DNA from: Candidatus Latescibacterota bacterium
GTDB taxonomy: Bacteria > Latescibacterota > UBA2968 > UBA8231
Reading direction: 5' to 3'
NCBI GenBank assembly: GCA_965243025.1
Contig: CBDETY010000003.1
Span: forward strand, 2,688,001-2,752,000
DNA: 64,000 bases
Position numbers and translations under genes: made by a program. The notes beneath the pieces were generated by a model. It was not told the origin of the DNA. It did no database searches and saw only the letters and a list, made by a program, of their open reading frames with translations. Below are positions 41,520-50,584 of the stretch, piece by piece. Each line of letters begins with the position of its first letter. Positions within the stretch are counted from its first letter, which is position 1.

Positions 41520-42262
41520 TGCGGTCCGCCTGTTGTCCGGGCGCTGACAGTCAGCTCGACCGAGGTGTTCCGCCCGACTCGTTTCCCGGCCTCAGGCCGC
41601 TGGCCAAGCACGATCCCCGCCCGCCGTGCGTCGCCGGGGCGCTCGACGATCTCCCCCATGCTCATCTCGTACTTGCGGAGGGTGTCTCGCGCCGCGGCGA
41701 CCGACAGGCCTTTGAGGTCGGGCACCCGCCTGAGGGCTGACGGAGAGCCGCTGCTGATCTCCAGGCTCACCCGGCCTCCGCGGGGAAGGCTGGTGCCGGC
41801 GGCAGGTTCCTGGCGCACTACGACCCCTCTCGGGATCTCCACGGATGAGACGTACACCCAGTCGCCCAGCCGCAGCTGATTGCCCGCAATCTGCAGACGG
41901 GCCTCCCTGATGCTGCCTCCGGTTACGTTGGGAACCTCGTGGAGGCGCGGACCGCGGCTGAGATCGACGAACACCCGGCGCCCTTTCTTTATCAGCTCCC
42001 CCGTGTCGGGCGACTGCTCGACGACGTGTCCGCGGGGGAGAGCCTCGCTGAAGACGCTGTCGCGCACCGCCATTCGCAGGCCTTCCCGCTGAAGCCGCAG
42101 GGCGGCCTCGCTCGAAGGCTGGTCGTCGACGTCGGGCACGCTGACCCGCTCCACTTTCACCACGTAAGGCATGACGGCGTTGTCGAGAAGCAGGAGAAAC
42201 AGGACCAGGGAGGCGGCTGCGGTCGCCGCTGTCAGCATGACTTTGCGCAAGAGACCTCTCAT
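41516..42262 (-). CDS. Membrane-anchored triple PASTA domain protein (no kinase domain)
   Basis: N-terminal TM, then three repeats beginning VPDV, VPNVTG and VPDLKG, each with G.V..Q.P..G. Confidence 0.9.
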   Translation of the reverse strand: MRGLLRKVMLTAATAAASLVLFLLLLDNAVMPYVVKVERVSVPDVDDQPSSEAALRLQREGLRMAVRDSVFSEALPRGHVVEQSPDTGELIKKGRRVFVDLSRGPRLHEVPNVTGGSIREARLQIAGNQLRLGDWVYVSSVEIPRGVVVRQEPAAGTSLPRGGRVSLEISSGSPSALRRVPDLKGLSVAAARDTLRKYEMSMGEIVERPGDARRAGIVLGQRPEAGKRVGRNTSVELTVSARTTGGPQ

Positions 42263-43632
42263 TCGGCCGGGACCGGTTTCTTTCTGATGCGGGCGGCGAA
42301 GGCGCCATCGCCGATTTCGCGGCCTGGAACCGTCTGCACCCAGGCCGCGGCCCAGGGCGCTCTGAAAAAACGTTCGGCCGGTTCGAGTGCGGCGGTCGGG
42401 GTGCGTTCCAGGAAAGCTGCGACCAGATCCTCGTTTTCCTCGGATTCGAGCGAGCAGGTGCTGTAGACGAGGACGCCGCCAGGTTTCAGAACTTCATACC
42501 CCGATACGAGAATGTCGAGCTGGCGCGCGGCGTATCCCCCCAGGTCTCCCGGGCGGCGGCGCCAGCGGGCCTCGGGCAGGCGCGCCAGAACCCCGGTGCC
42601 GCTGCACGGTACGTCGAGGAGCACGCGGTCGAAACCGCCCGTCCCCGCGGCGCCCGGAAGAATGGCCGGGTTCGCCGCGTCCTGGGCGACGACGGCAACC
42701 GACTCGAGCCTCATGCGCCGGCAACTTTCCTCGACAAGCTTCAGCCTGGACGGCGCCGAGTCCGCTGCGACCAGCAATCCCCGGCCCCGCATCGCCAGGG
42801 CGATCTGCACCGACTTTCCCCCGGGAGCACTGCAGGCATCGAGCACCCTTTCCCCCGGCTGCGGGTCGAGCAGGGAAGCGGCGATGCCGGCGTTTGCATC
42901 CTGGATCCAGAACAGCCCGGCGCGAAAGGCGGGCGAGTCGAACAGTCCCTCGGCTTTCCTGACCATGTAACAGCCTTCGAAACCCGGCACCTGCCCGGGT
43001 TGAAACGCCCCCTCCGGAAGCTGCGCCGCCAAGTCGTCGGCCCGGCCCCCGTCGATCCTCGCGAACAGTGCCGGCGTGCGGTTGTTGGCCTCCAGAAGCG
43101 CTTCGGTTCGGGCTTCGCCCCAGCGTTGCAGCCAGCGCTCGACCAGCCAGCGGGGATGGGAGTGGGCAAGGGCGAGGTGCCCGGCAGGATCACTGCCGCG
43201 GTCGGGAAGGGGCAGCGACGCCGCTTCGGTCGAGGCCCTGCGCAGGACGGCGTTTACCAGTCCGGCGAGGTTTCCCCTGCCCCTGCTTTTGGCGAGCGCG
43301 ACGGCGGTGTGCACCGCCGCCCTTGCCGGCACGCGGTCGAGCCACAGCAGCTGGAACAGGCCCAGCCTGAGGAGGTTGCGGACATCCCGGGGGAGATCTT
43401 CGACAGGCTTCCTGGCGAACTGGTTGGCGGTCCAGTCGAGCCGCGCCCGCCATTTGACGACCCCGTTGACGAGCTGTCTGGCAAAGCGGCGGTCGCGGCT
43501 GTCGAGGTTGGCGGCGGCGGCCTCGAAGGCCTGTTCCAGGGCTCCCTTCCCGGCGTCGAAGGCGCACAGGACGGCAAGCGCCGCGGAGCGCCCCCCGCCT
43601 GCGGACCGGGAGGCGTCGGACCGGTGCTTCAC
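42259..43632 (-). CDS. rsmB: 16S rRNA m5C967 methyltransferase
   Basis: NusB-like N-domain (LVNAVLR), SHPRWL, IQD, DACSAPGGKS, DVPCSGTG and YSTCS..EEN. Confidence 0.95.
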   Translation of the reverse strand: MKHRSDASRSAGGGRSAALAVLCAFDAGKGALEQAFEAAAANLDSRDRRFARQLVNGVVKWRARLDWTANQFARKPVEDLPRDVRNLLRLGLFQLLWLDRVPARAAVHTAVALAKSRGRGNLAGLVNAVLRRASTEAASLPLPDRGSDPAGHLALAHSHPRWLVERWLQRWGEARTEALLEANNRTPALFARIDGGRADDLAAQLPEGAFQPGQVPGFEGCYMVRKAEGLFDSPAFRAGLFWIQDANAGIAASLLDPQPGERVLDACSAPGGKSVQIALAMRGRGLLVAADSAPSRLKLVEESCRRMRLESVAVVAQDAANPAILPGAAGTGGFDRVLLDVPCSGTGVLARLPEARWRRRPGDLGGYAARQLDILVSGYEVLKPGGVLVYSTCSLESEENEDLVAAFLERTPTAALEPAERFFRAPWAAAWVQTVPGREIGDGAFAARIRKKPVPAE

Positions 43633-43728
43633 GAAGGGGTTACAGGCAACATTGAGAGGGGGATTTGCGGGAAATCCGCAGGGGGGAGAGGTTGGGGAAG
43701 CGCGCGCAATCCCGGCTCCAATCTACTC

Positions 43729-43756
43729 TTGACCGGGTTCACCTCCAAAGTATATT
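43729..43756 (+). promoter_or_regulatory. Putative sigma70 promoter TTGACC-N16-TATATT for recJ
   Basis: Hexamers in the divergent rsmB/recJ gap, about 50 bp before the ATG. Confidence 0.55.
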
Positions 43757-43807
43757 GCCGCCCTCCCCAGGAAAATCTGTTCTCCCCGCGAAACACCGGT
43801 ACCGGAA

Positions 43808-45607
43808 ATGCGCCAATACGCTATCTGGGACATCCACCGCGAACCTCCCTATTCGTCTGTCCGCGAAGCCCTGCTGCAGTGCCGGGGACTTGAGGGGAGC
43901 GATCTCTCGGTGGGAGCGGAGACCCTGCACGCACCCGAGCTTCTCAAGGACCTGACCCGTGCCGTCGAACGGATCTCCCGGGCAATTCGCGACAAGGAGC
44001 TGATCCTCGTCTTCGGCGACTACGACGCCGACGGCATCACGAGCACCGCTCTGCTCCTCGATTTTCTCGAATCGGTCGGGGCCGAGTGCGACTACATGCT
44101 CCCCAACCGCCACCTCGACGGATACGGGATCAGTCCGCGCGCCGTCGCTGCCGCCCTGGAACGGGAGGCCGGACTGATCATCACCGTCGACAACGGCATC
44201 TCGGCCTTCGAGGCGCTGCAACTCGCCCAGTCCCGGGATCTCGACGTCGTCGTCCTCGACCACCACCGCCAGAACGAGGAACTTCCGCCTGCCCACAGCA
44301 TCGTCAATCCCAACCGCCGCGACTGCGACTACCCCTTCAAGGGCCTTGCCGGCGTCGGGGTGGCCTTCAAGGTCGTGCAGGCGCTCTGTTCCACCTTCAT
44401 GACGCCTGAGAATCGCAGGCCCTACCTCAACCAGCTGCTCGAGTTCGTCGCCCTCGGCTCGGTCGCCGACGTCGCTCCCGTCCTCGAAGAGAACCGCGTC
44501 CTGATCCGGCGCGGGCTGAGGGCCATGCAGCAGTCCTCCCGGCCTGGAATGAAGCAACTGAAAGCGGCAGCCCGTTGCGACAACGGCCCCGTCGACACCA
44601 CCTCGGTCGGCTTCTACCTGGGACCCAGGCTCAACTCCGCCGGCCGCCTGGCCTCCCCCGATCTCTCCCTGCGGCTCCTGCGCGCCAGGGACGAAGGCAC
44701 CGCAAAATCACTGGCAGCCGAGCTCGAGGAGCTCAACAGCCGCCGCCGGGAGCTTCAGCGCGAGGGCATGCGCGAAGCGCAGAGCCTTGTCTCCGAGGAC
44801 GACCTCGAGATCGATCGCATCCTCGTCCTCCTCGGAGAGGAATGGAACCCCGGGATCATCGGCCTGATCGCCGGCGCCGTGGTCGAGAAATACAACCGCC
44901 CCGCGGTCATCGTCACCGACGCGCGCCGCGACGGGACCTACGTCGGTTCGGCGCGCAGCATCGAGGCGTACGACATCAATGCCGGAATAAGCTCCTGCGC
45001 AAAACACCTCACCAAGTACGGAGGCCACCCGGGGGCGGCGGGATTCTCCCTGCAGGGAGAGAACTTCGAGGCTTTCCGGGCCGACCTCATCAGGCACGCC
45101 AACGAGCGCCTGACCGAAGCGGACATGGCACCGAAACTTCCCGTCGACCTTCTCCTCGACCCCTCCGATATCGGCATGCGGACCCTGGGGACCCTGGCGG
45201 AGATGGAGCCGTTCGGAAGCGGCAACGAATCGCCGGTGTTCGCCGCCCTCGATCTCGAGGTAGTCGCCCGGGGACGCATGGGACAGGGGGGGGAGCACCT
45301 CCGCGCCGTCCTGAACGTCGACGGCCGTCCGACTTCGGCAGTGTGGTGGAGGAACGGGATCGTCGCGGACCAGCTTGCCCCGGGAGACCGGGTGGCCGTG
45401 GCCTTCGAGCTCAAACCCGACCTGTACGAAGGGGCGGTCACCGGAGTGCAGATCGTGGTCCGCGACATGTACCACACTCACCGCTCCCCTTCCCCCGCCC
45501 CCGGACCGGCCCCTGAATCCGCGGCGGACGGCAGCGCGGAACCAGTAGTCGAAGTAGACGTCGTCAGTACTTCGGGAGAGCCGGCGAGGGGAGACTTCGC
45601 GTTCTGA
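43808..45607 (+). CDS. recJ: ssDNA exonuclease RecJ
   Basis: GDYDADG, ITVDNG, DHH, GSARS, GGHPGAAG and EPFGSGN. Confidence 0.96.
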   Translation: MRQYAIWDIHREPPYSSVREALLQCRGLEGSDLSVGAETLHAPELLKDLTRAVERISRAIRDKELILVFGDYDADGITSTALLLDFLESVGAECDYMLPNRHLDGYGISPRAVAAALEREAGLIITVDNGISAFEALQLAQSRDLDVVVLDHHRQNEELPPAHSIVNPNRRDCDYPFKGLAGVGVAFKVVQALCSTFMTPENRRPYLNQLLEFVALGSVADVAPVLEENRVLIRRGLRAMQQSSRPGMKQLKAAARCDNGPVDTTSVGFYLGPRLNSAGRLASPDLSLRLLRARDEGTAKSLAAELEELNSRRRELQREGMREAQSLVSEDDLEIDRILVLLGEEWNPGIIGLIAGAVVEKYNRPAVIVTDARRDGTYVGSARSIEAYDINAGISSCAKHLTKYGGHPGAAGFSLQGENFEAFRADLIRHANERLTEADMAPKLPVDLLLDPSDIGMRTLGTLAEMEPFGSGNESPVFAALDLEVVARGRMGQGGEHLRAVLNVDGRPTSAVWWRNGIVADQLAPGDRVAVAFELKPDLYEGAVTGVQIVVRDMYHTHRSPSPAPGPAPESAADGSAEPVVEVDVVSTSGEPARGDFAF

Positions 45608-45623
45608 GAAGCGGCCTCCGCCC

Positions 45624-46832
45624 ATGATCAGCTCGGACTTCACCCGGCCACTGCTGGTCCCCGAAAGCGACAGCAAGATCGTCCTGCTCGTGATCGACGG
45701 ACTCGGGGGTCTTCCCGACCCGGTCACGGGAAGGTCCGAGCTCGACTGCGCGGTGCTGCCGAACCTCGACCGCATCGCCCGCAGCGGGTCCTGCGGCGCG
45801 CTGACGCCGTTGGGACCGGGGTTCACACCGGGGAGCGGTCCCGCCCACCTGGCGCTGTTCGGCTACGACCCGTGGCGCTGGCGGATCGGGCGCGGGGCGC
45901 TGTCGGCCCTGGGAACAGGGATGGACTTCCGCCCGGGAGACCTTGCGGCGCGGCTCAATTTCTGCAGCCTCGATGCCGACGGCAGGGTGACCGACCGGCG
46001 CGCCGGGCGCATATCGACGGGCGAGTGCCGGCACCTGTGCGCGCTCCTTGAGGACATCGACGTTCCCGGCGTGGAGATCTCACTGGCTCCCGAGATGGAG
46101 TACCGGGCCGCCATCCTGTTTCGCGGCGAGGGTCTTTCCCCCCTCCTGACCGAGTCCGATCCCCAGAAGACGGGTGTTCCTCCAACGGCGGTGACCGCCC
46201 TCGAGGAGGCGGCTTCGTGGACGGCGGCCGCGGTGACAGGCTTCCTCTCCGAGGCCGAAAAGCGGCTGAAGGAGCAGTCGCCGGCAAACATGGTCCTGAT
46301 CAGGGGATTCGGCACCTTTCCCGAGATTCCGCGGTTCGGGGAGGTGTACGGACTCCGGGGGCTGGCGGTCGCCGCCTACCCGATGTACCGGGGGGTTTCC
46401 CAGGCGGTCGGCATGTCCGCGGTCCCGGGCGGAGACGACCTCTCTTCGTCGTGCGAGCTCGTGAGCCGGCATTGGGACCTTCACGACTTCTTCTTCATCC
46501 ACTTCAAGAAAACGGACAGCGCCGGGGAGGACGGCGATTTCGGCGATAAGGTCCGCCTCCTCGAAGAGGTGGACGCATCGGTGCCGCACCTGGAAGAACT
46601 CGAACCGGAGGTCTTCGCTGTCACCGGGGATCACTCCACCCCGTCGCTTGCCAAAAGCCACAGCTGGCATCCGGTTCCGGTCGCCGTTGCCAGTCGCTGG
46701 GCCCAACCTCACCTCGGGGCCGCATTCTCCGAACAGGGGTGCCGGAACGGCAGCATCGGGAACATTCCGAGCTCCAGCCTGATGGCCCTCCTCCTCGCCC
46801 ACGCCGGCAGGCTGCGAAGGTTCGGCCCCTAG
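45624..46832 (+). CDS. apgM: 2,3-bisphosphoglycerate-independent phosphoglycerate mutase (archaeal-type)
   Basis: IDGLGG, TPGSGPAHLALFGYDP, DRRAGRI, KKTDSAGEDG, TGDHSTP and HSWHPVP. Confidence 0.92.
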   Translation: MISSDFTRPLLVPESDSKIVLLVIDGLGGLPDPVTGRSELDCAVLPNLDRIARSGSCGALTPLGPGFTPGSGPAHLALFGYDPWRWRIGRGALSALGTGMDFRPGDLAARLNFCSLDADGRVTDRRAGRISTGECRHLCALLEDIDVPGVEISLAPEMEYRAAILFRGEGLSPLLTESDPQKTGVPPTAVTALEEAASWTAAAVTGFLSEAEKRLKEQSPANMVLIRGFGTFPEIPRFGEVYGLRGLAVAAYPMYRGVSQAVGMSAVPGGDDLSSSCELVSRHWDLHDFFFIHFKKTDSAGEDGDFGDKVRLLEEVDASVPHLEELEPEVFAVTGDHSTPSLAKSHSWHPVPVAVASRWAQPHLGAAFSEQGCRNGSIGNIPSSSLMALLLAHAGRLRRFGP

Positions 46833-46961
46833 CTCCGGGCCGGCATCCTACCCTGGCGGTTCGACCCTTTTTCCTGGCCGCCCCGGGGGTTAGCCCGCCA
46901 CCTTCACGGGCCCTATACTTCCCCGGTTCGAACACCGAGTCCACCACTGGAGCGAACGTAC

Positions 46962-47804
46962 ATGATTCACCCGGTGCGCATCGCCCACCGCGGAGCATCC
47001 GGTTCGGCTCCGGAAAACACCGCCGCCGCCTTCGAGCGCGCCATCCAGATCGGGGTGGACGCGATCGAGGTCGACGTTCACGGGACCAGCGACGGCCGGG
47101 TTGTGGTCATCCACGACCCGACACTCGACCGGACCACCGACCGCTGCGGCTGGGTTCGGGAACAGACGCTCGAGCAGATTCGCCATGCGGACGCCGGAGC
47201 CTGGTTCGGCCGCCAGTTCAGGGGAGAGCAGGTCCCCCTGCTGGAAGAGGCGATCGAGACGACCCGCCACCGCGCCCTCCTGCTCGTTGAAATCAAGGGG
47301 GAGTTCCTCGCCGAGAAGGTGCTGCAGATCGTCGGCGAAACGGACGCGGCGGACCAGGTCGTCATCCAGTCCTTCAACCCGGAGACGATCCGCCGCGTCA
47401 AGCTCCTCGATGCCGGCATTCCCACCGCCCTCCTGATCGGAAAGCTGCCGGCTGCTCCCTCGAGGGTCAGGGCGCGAAGGTTGGTGAAACAGGTTCTGGA
47501 GGTCGGGGCCAACGCCCTGGCCATCTGGCACACCACCCTCACACCCTCCTTCTTCGAGGAGACGCGCAAACGGGCGGTTTCGGTGTGGGCCTGGACGGTG
47601 GACGAGGAACTGGTGATGCGCGACATGGTGCAGATGGGGGTGCAGGGGATTATCACCAACCACCCGGAGAGGCTGAACGGCATTCTCGAGGACCTCGAGG
47701 AGGCAGGTCTCATCCAGACGCCGCTGGGTCGGCGGCAGCGCCTCAAACCGACCCGCTGGGGACGCCGGCGGCGTCTCAGAAAGCTGGGCAAATCCCGGTC
47801 CTGA
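46962..47804 (+). CDS. Glycerophosphodiester phosphodiesterase
   Basis: AHRGAS..APENT, EVDV, HD.TLDRTT, EIK, QSF, WTVD and IITNHP. Confidence 0.94.
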   Translation: MIHPVRIAHRGASGSAPENTAAAFERAIQIGVDAIEVDVHGTSDGRVVVIHDPTLDRTTDRCGWVREQTLEQIRHADAGAWFGRQFRGEQVPLLEEAIETTRHRALLLVEIKGEFLAEKVLQIVGETDAADQVVIQSFNPETIRRVKLLDAGIPTALLIGKLPAAPSRVRARRLVKQVLEVGANALAIWHTTLTPSFFEETRKRAVSVWAWTVDEELVMRDMVQMGVQGIITNHPERLNGILEDLEEAGLIQTPLGRRQRLKPTRWGRRRRLRKLGKSRS

Positions 47805-47903
47805 CCCATGTTCCCCCGGTCCATGGACACCATTCGCCGCGGCCGCCCTCGGACAGGTCGCCCCGGGCGGGCAACCAGGCGCCGGGGAAAGGCCTGAACT
47901 TCG

Positions 47904-48116
47904 GTGACAACGACGCTCTACCTGCTGTTCGCATGTCTGCTCCTGGTGGTCATCGCCGTTCGCTTCTTCGGCAAACGCCGGCAGCGATGCCCCCAGTGTT
48001 TCAGTCCCAGGGAGGGAGATCACCCGCTGTGCCGGGAGTGCGGCTGGATATACGATGACGATTCCTCCGAAGACGACGACTACGGGGAGCTCGAGGAGAC
48101 TGAAAACCAGCCGTGA
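47904..48116 (+). CDS. Small membrane protein with zinc ribbon and acidic tail
   Basis: TM helix, basic stop-transfer stretch, CPQC-x9-CREC, then a D/E-rich tail. Confidence 0.7.
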   Translation: MTTTLYLLFACLLLVVIAVRFFGKRRQRCPQCFSPREGDHPLCRECGWIYDDDSSEDDDYGELEETENQP

Positions 48117-48177
48117 CCGGGCCTGACCGGGAGGCGGGATCCTCTTGGGGGCCCAGGCTTTGCCGACAGGTTTCTGC

Positions 48178-48206
48178 TTGACAACCGCAAGGTCAAATTT
48201 TAGTTT
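48178..48206 (+). promoter_or_regulatory. Sigma70 promoter TTGACA-N17-TAGTTT for the lipoprotein gene
   Basis: Perfect -35, 17 nt spacer, AT-rich surroundings in a GC-rich genome. Confidence 0.7.
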
Positions 48207-48274
48207 GTTTTTACTCTATTTACGCCACTTTCAGGTTCGCTGAGCGGACCTGCCAAGCAGGGTCGGAGGAGGTT

Positions 48275-48907
48275 ATGAAAACGCGGGTATCTTCGTTGCT
48301 TGCAGTGCTTCTCGCCGTCGGACTGACACTTGGTTGCGGTGGCGACCCCCCCAAGGCGGATCTCGACGCCGCCAGTCAGGCCCTGCAAGCCGCCAGGGAT
48401 GCGGGGGCCGAAAAGTACGCCGGCGGCGAACTGGCCTCCGCCCAGCGAACCTTCGACGATGCCAAGACCGCCTACGACGCCGAAGCCGAGAAGTGGTTCA
48501 AGAACTGGGACAAGGTGGTCAAGCCCGGACTCGCCGACGCCACGAACAAGGCGAACGCCGCCGCCGCCTCGGCAACCGAGGCCAAGAACGCTGCCCGGAG
48601 CGCTGCTGAAGCGGCCATAGCCGGGGCTGCCGCCGCAGTCGAGGAAACGCGGGCGAGCCTGGACGCCGCTCCCGCGGGCAAGGGGACCGAAGTTGACATC
48701 GAGCAGCTGAGAACCGATCTCGGTGGTGCCGATTCAGATCTCGCTGCCGCGCGCGCCGCGGTCGAAGGTGAAGAGTTCGAGGAGGCCACTGCAAAGGCGA
48801 ACAGCGCCATGAGCACCGCCGAAGCGGTCGCCGGCGGAGTCGAGCAAGCCGTCGCCAGGTACCACGAGCTCGTCGAGAAGAACACACCCTGGTATCTCAA
48901 GATGTAG
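48275..48907 (+). CDS. Ala-rich coiled-coil lipoprotein (DUF4398-like)
   Basis: GGAGGAGG RBS, LTLG-C lipobox, A..A...AR.AGA..YA..L..A motif, all-helical pattern. Confidence 0.8.
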   Translation: MKTRVSSLLAVLLAVGLTLGCGGDPPKADLDAASQALQAARDAGAEKYAGGELASAQRTFDDAKTAYDAEAEKWFKNWDKVVKPGLADATNKANAAAASATEAKNAARSAAEAAIAGAAAAVEETRASLDAAPAGKGTEVDIEQLRTDLGGADSDLAAARAAVEGEEFEEATAKANSAMSTAEAVAGGVEQAVARYHELVEKNTPWYLKM

Positions 48908-48931
48908 GGACAGTCGACACGATCTGCCCAG

Positions 48932-48967
48932 AGGCCGGGGAGGGATTCCTCCCCGGCCTTTCTTGTT
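48932..48967 (+). terminator. Rho-independent terminator after the lipoprotein gene
   Basis: 12-bp stem AGGCCGGGGAGG-GATT-CCTCCCCGGCCT then TTCTTGTT. Confidence 0.8.
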
Positions 48968-48978
48968 CAGGTTCCTCA

Positions 48979-49587
48979 ATGTCTCGCTTACCCGTGGTTT
49001 CCCGCCTCCCCGTTCCCGGCCTCCTGGCAGCGGCAACCATTCTCGGCTTCCTGCCCCATCAGGCGGCGCCGGAAAGCCTGAAGGATTTGAGAAAGCGGCA
49101 GGCCGTTCTCCTGCACCAGCTCTCCAAGCGGGAGCCTGAGGCGCCGTACCTCGTCGTCGATACTCACGACAACCGCCTGCTGCTGCGTTCCCGGGGGCAC
49201 GAGATCATGCGCAGTGCCGTCTGCGCAACGGGTGCGGCCCGCAAGTTCGAAGGGGCCAAGGCGAGGTACCGTTGGAATTTCGCCACTCCCAGCGGGCGCT
49301 TCTCCATCTTGCGCAAGGAACGCGACCCGATCTGGACCAAACCTGAGTGGGCGTTTGTCGAATCCAACGAGTCGGTGCCGGTTTTCGCGGAGGACCGCCG
49401 GCGCTTCCAACGAGGGGTGCTCGGAGAATACGCCCTGTATTTCGCCAGGGACTACATGATCCACGGCACCCTGTACGAAACCAACCTCGGCAGAAACATC
49501 ACCCACGGCTGCGTGCGGGTCGGTGCGGAAGATCTGTCCTACCTGTTCGAAAACGTCGAGCTCGGGACCCAGGTCTTCATCTACTGA
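48979..49587 (+). CDS. L,D-transpeptidase (YkuD family)
   Basis: YLVVD, TPSGRF, DPIW..PEW and catalytic HGT-x10-HGCVR. Confidence 0.93.
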   Translation: MSRLPVVSRLPVPGLLAAATILGFLPHQAAPESLKDLRKRQAVLLHQLSKREPEAPYLVVDTHDNRLLLRSRGHEIMRSAVCATGAARKFEGAKARYRWNFATPSGRFSILRKERDPIWTKPEWAFVESNESVPVFAEDRRRFQRGVLGEYALYFARDYMIHGTLYETNLGRNITHGCVRVGAEDLSYLFENVELGTQVFIY

Positions 49588-49626
49588 CCCGTTTTCCACC
49601 TCTTCGGAAACCCTCCTGAACCGACC

Positions 49627-50580
49627 GTGATCGGGTTGTGGCTCGAGGAGCAAAAGCTCACCCTGCGCAACGATCTCCCGAGGCCCGACCCCGGCCCGGG
49701 TGAGAGCCTGGTCCGGGTCCTCGTCGCCGGCATCTGCAACACCGACATCGAGCTGACCAGGGGCTACTACCCATTCCGCGGCGTACCTGGCCACGAGTTC
49801 GTCGGGGTCGTCGAGTCCGGTCCCCTTGAAGGGAAACGGGTGGTCGGCGAGATAAACGCCGCCTGTGAGGCATGCTGCCGCTGCCGTTCCGGCATGCGGG
49901 CCCACTGCGGCAACCGCACCGTTCTGGGGATCGCCGGCCGCGACGGCGCCTTCGCCGAACACCTCGTGCTGCCCTCGCGGAACCTGCACGCGGTCCCGGA
50001 AACGGTCGACTCCTCGGCGGCGGTCTTCACCGAGCCCCTGGCTGCGGCCCTGCAGATCCAGGAACAGGTACGGGTCGCAGAGGACGACCGGGTGCTGGTG
50101 GTGGGGGACGGCAAGCTCGGACAGCTCATCGCCCAGACGCTTGCCCTGGCCCGGTGCCGCCTGTTCGTCGCGGGACGTCACGAAAACAAGCTCGAGCTGC
50201 TGCGCCGGCGCGGCATCGCCACGGTAACTGCCGGGGAGGTGGAAGAGGGCAGCTTCGACCTGTCCGTCGAATGCACCGGCTCTCCCGGGGGGTTCGAACT
50301 CGCCCGCTCCGCCCTCCGGCCGCGCGGGACCCTGGTGATGAAAAGCACCTATGCCGGCCGCCTCGACCTCGACGCCGCCCCGGTGGTCGTGGACGAGCTG
50401 ACGATCCTCGGTTCGCGCTGCGGTCCCTTTGCACCCGCGGTCGACCTGTTGGCCTCGGGAGCGGTCGATGTCGCGCCCCTGGTCAGCGGCCGCCTCCCCA
50501 TCGCCGACGGGCTGGAGGCATTCGAGCGGGCGACCCGGCGCGGTACCCTGAAAATCCTCCTCGATATCGCCGGAGGCTGA
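49627..50580 (+). CDS. Zn-dependent alcohol dehydrogenase
   Basis: GICNTD, GHEFVG, CxxCxxC-x7-C and GDGKLG. Confidence 0.93.
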   Translation: MIGLWLEEQKLTLRNDLPRPDPGPGESLVRVLVAGICNTDIELTRGYYPFRGVPGHEFVGVVESGPLEGKRVVGEINAACEACCRCRSGMRAHCGNRTVLGIAGRDGAFAEHLVLPSRNLHAVPETVDSSAAVFTEPLAAALQIQEQVRVAEDDRVLVVGDGKLGQLIAQTLALARCRLFVAGRHENKLELLRRRGIATVTAGEVEEGSFDLSVECTGSPGGFELARSALRPRGTLVMKSTYAGRLDLDAAPVVVDELTILGSRCGPFAPAVDLLASGAVDVAPLVSGRLPIADGLEAFERATRRGTLKILLDIAGG

Positions 50581-50584
50581 TCCC

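Noticed and set aside
46921-46946. CCCCGGTTCGAACACCGAGTCCACCA resembling a tRNA/tmRNA 3' end or att site
   Set aside because: The T-stem is imperfect, the spacing to CCA is too short, there is no acceptor, D or anticodon arm, and no integrase is nearby.
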